From contig NC_087437.1 in the NCBI RefSeq assembly GCF_036321535.1, positions 11,038,001 through 11,102,000 on the forward strand: a stretch of DNA of 64,000 bases, read 5' to 3'. A program made the translations under genes and the position numbers. Below, one piece after another: positions 61,870 to 64,000 of the stretch. Origin of the DNA: Camelus dromedarius. Its lineage: Eukaryota. Within the stretch, counting starts at the first letter, position 1; every line of letters begins with the position of its first letter. The notes beneath the pieces were generated by a model. The model was given only the letters and a program-made list of their open reading frames with translations, was not told the origin of the DNA and made no database searches.

Positions 61870-64000
61870 CTGAAAGAAAAATGGATAAAAGATCACACTT
61901 TGCCAGCATCAGTTCCTAGGCAAAATGGAGAAATAAAGAAAACTGTCTCGTTTAACAAACTGCTTCATCGGAACTGACCCTCAGATGTGACCTGAATGGT
62001 AGTCGGACATTCCCTTCACTGCTTCCTCAGTGCCTTTTTGTTAAAAATGCAGGCGCTCCACAGGTTGCTATGAAACATCTTAAATTAACAACAGGTGAAG
62101 TTACTCGTCGCAGGTGTGGGTGGAAGACACGCGGGGAAATCAGCGTCCAGGGTACCAATGAGGGCCTGACTGCAATGTGTCTGCACCGCGGTTCAGCTGT
62201 ACCTGTTGTTTGGGAAATCTGCAGTGTGTACTTGAGAACATAGTGGGACTCCCGGAGCTGTGAGAGTTCTGCACCCCTGGGACCTGAGTCCACAAGAACA
62301 GGAATTTTTGTTCTGTTCACATTATTCCCAATCACAGAAAAGTGCCTGATGCAAGCACTAAGTATTTGTTGAATGTATGACCCAACGGGAACATTATACA
62401 GTAAATGCCAGGCAATCAATTCTTCACTCAAAGTGGAATGCTTACTGCACACCGACCAGAACACGTCAGTCACAGCTCTGGGGAGGGGAGGAGGGGACAT
62501 CCAGATGTTCAGACAGTGACTCTTAAGATGATGGGAAAGTGGAGGAAGGGCAGCAAGGGTTGTCAGAGGGGCCTCTGGGCCATTGCTGTGTTCCCGCCTT
62601 TAACTTGAGCTCTCGGTGCTCCAATTAAGGCCCTGCCTTCCTGGCAGGATGGGAGAGCAGGCCCCAGAGCTCCGCTTTCCCGGCACATCTCATAATCCTC
62701 CATTTCTGAGCAGAAGCCCTCCTGTCATTCCCCGCCCAGATTTTCATCCCTGTGTGTATCTCCTAGTCTAGCCTTCCTCTCCCTCACTTCCCCAGTTGCA
62801 GAAGCTGTCCCACTTTGCCCCTAGACTTCAATAAAATCCCTTCCCTACGTCCCCCAGCTCTGCGCCCCCTTCTTGCCTCCTGGAAGGAGGCTCAGCACTG
62901 CGGTACTCCCACGGCGCGCTGGGGGAGCTCTGGTGTCGTCCTCATCTCAGCGCTGCCTCCGACCACGTCCCTCCCTGAAAACCCTCAAACTGAAGGTGGC
63001 TGCTACTGGTCTACGGCACCTGCTACCTGCTCCTCAGCCCACACGCTACCTTTCCTGTAATTCCTAGTGACTTCACTGGCCACATGGATGACCCTTCCAG
63101 TAACCTTTGCTTTCAGTTCTTCTCTAAAGACCTTAATTATCCTCCTGACCTCAGCCATTCACTCCCATGAACACATCTAGCTCTTGCCATTGTTCCTGCT
63201 CCCCTCTGATCTCAATTCCAGGAACCGGCTCTGACCTCTCCCTTCCAGTTCTAAACACCCCAAGGCCCACGATCCCCTGGCTCCACTCCCCTTATCACTG
63301 TCCTTCAACCTCTCTCGTGTCCTCAGTCCCTCACCCAGCTTAGATCCTTTTAATTCATTCCGTTGCCTCATTACTGCATTGTGTTCACCTGGTAAACCCC
63401 TTTGTTAAGTTTAACTCTTACCCTTGCTTTTTGCCCACACCATTTACTGACCGTGGCTCAAGAAAAACGCAACCCTGCTGGCTGGTCCCAGTTCGTACCG
63501 CCAGCCTGAAGTGAGATGGTGTTCTCCAGCAAACACATCACATTTCCTCCGTTTCCTCTGTAACCAGACAGCATATCCCACCTGGGCCCTCCCCCAGCAT
63601 CCGGCATCTCATCTTCCTTCCCCCTCCTTACCCTCAGCCAATGTCTTTACTGTTTCAGCAAGAATACAGAAGCAATCAGAAGGGGAAGTTCCCCATGCAT
63701 CTACCCACATCGAACAACCCTATGGTCTTCTAAGCCTATGTGTGCCTCCTCTGGAACCATCCTCTTTAACCTGGACATGGATATCACTCCATCAGTCATC
63801 CCTTCTCTCCTGCATGTTAATTTTCTTCTCCACTGAGTCATTCCCGTTCTCACACAAACACAATGATCTCTCTCATCTAAAACACAAAACCTTTTCACAT
63901 ATCCTTCTCCGGCTCCTCTCTATTCCCCTTTATGGGACGATATATTCACTCTGTGACTCAAAACACTTTGAAAGAGCTAAGTTTTCAGTGCTCAGTTCTC
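61870..64000 (-). other. NKIRAS1: NKIRAS1 last intron (partial)
   Basis: Upstream of the terminal-exon acceptor on the minus strand. No further Ras-like exon was seen; contains L2-like remnants. Confidence 0.8.
63060..64000. repeat. L2-like pyrimidine-rich remnant in the NKIRAS1 intron
   Basis: cctcagccattcactcccatg, tccccctctgatc, agaagcaatcagaagggga and ctcatctaaaac-type L2 ORF-region motifs. Confidence 0.5.

Noticed and set aside
61646..61873. Plus-strand 75-aa ORF
   Set aside because: Antisense shadow of the NKIRAS1 coding exon.

Overview
Mammalian genomic DNA, not prokaryotic. It is most likely camelid, because the young SINEs are of the tRNA-derived Vic-1 type and no Alu, Bov-tA, PRE-1 or CanSINE copies were recognised. 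Positions 1-56466 read as the distal part of one long intron of UBE2E1 (+ strand), filled with L1, L2, MIR, hAT/Tigger and LTR remnants. The last three coding exons of UBE2E1 follow (56467-56599, 57923-58070, 59147-59244), then its 3' UTR. Facing it tail-to-tail on the - strand is the last coding exon and 3' UTR of NKIRAS1 (kappaB-Ras1; 61627-61869). Almost every ORF in the supplied track is spurious or an L1 remnant. I found no convincing new biological system. The best leads are two in-frame but stop-containing (poison-type) cassette-exon candidates in the long intron, splice signals supplied by antisense SINEs, a G-quadruplex motif in the UBE2E1 3' UTR, and a 24-bp tandem duplication doubling ARE and miR-130/301 seed sites in the NKIRAS1 3' UTR. 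Old repeats with strongly AT->GC-biased substitutions also look like fossil recombination hotspots. Repeat family names come from my recall of consensus sequences and need RepeatMasker/Dfam confirmation.
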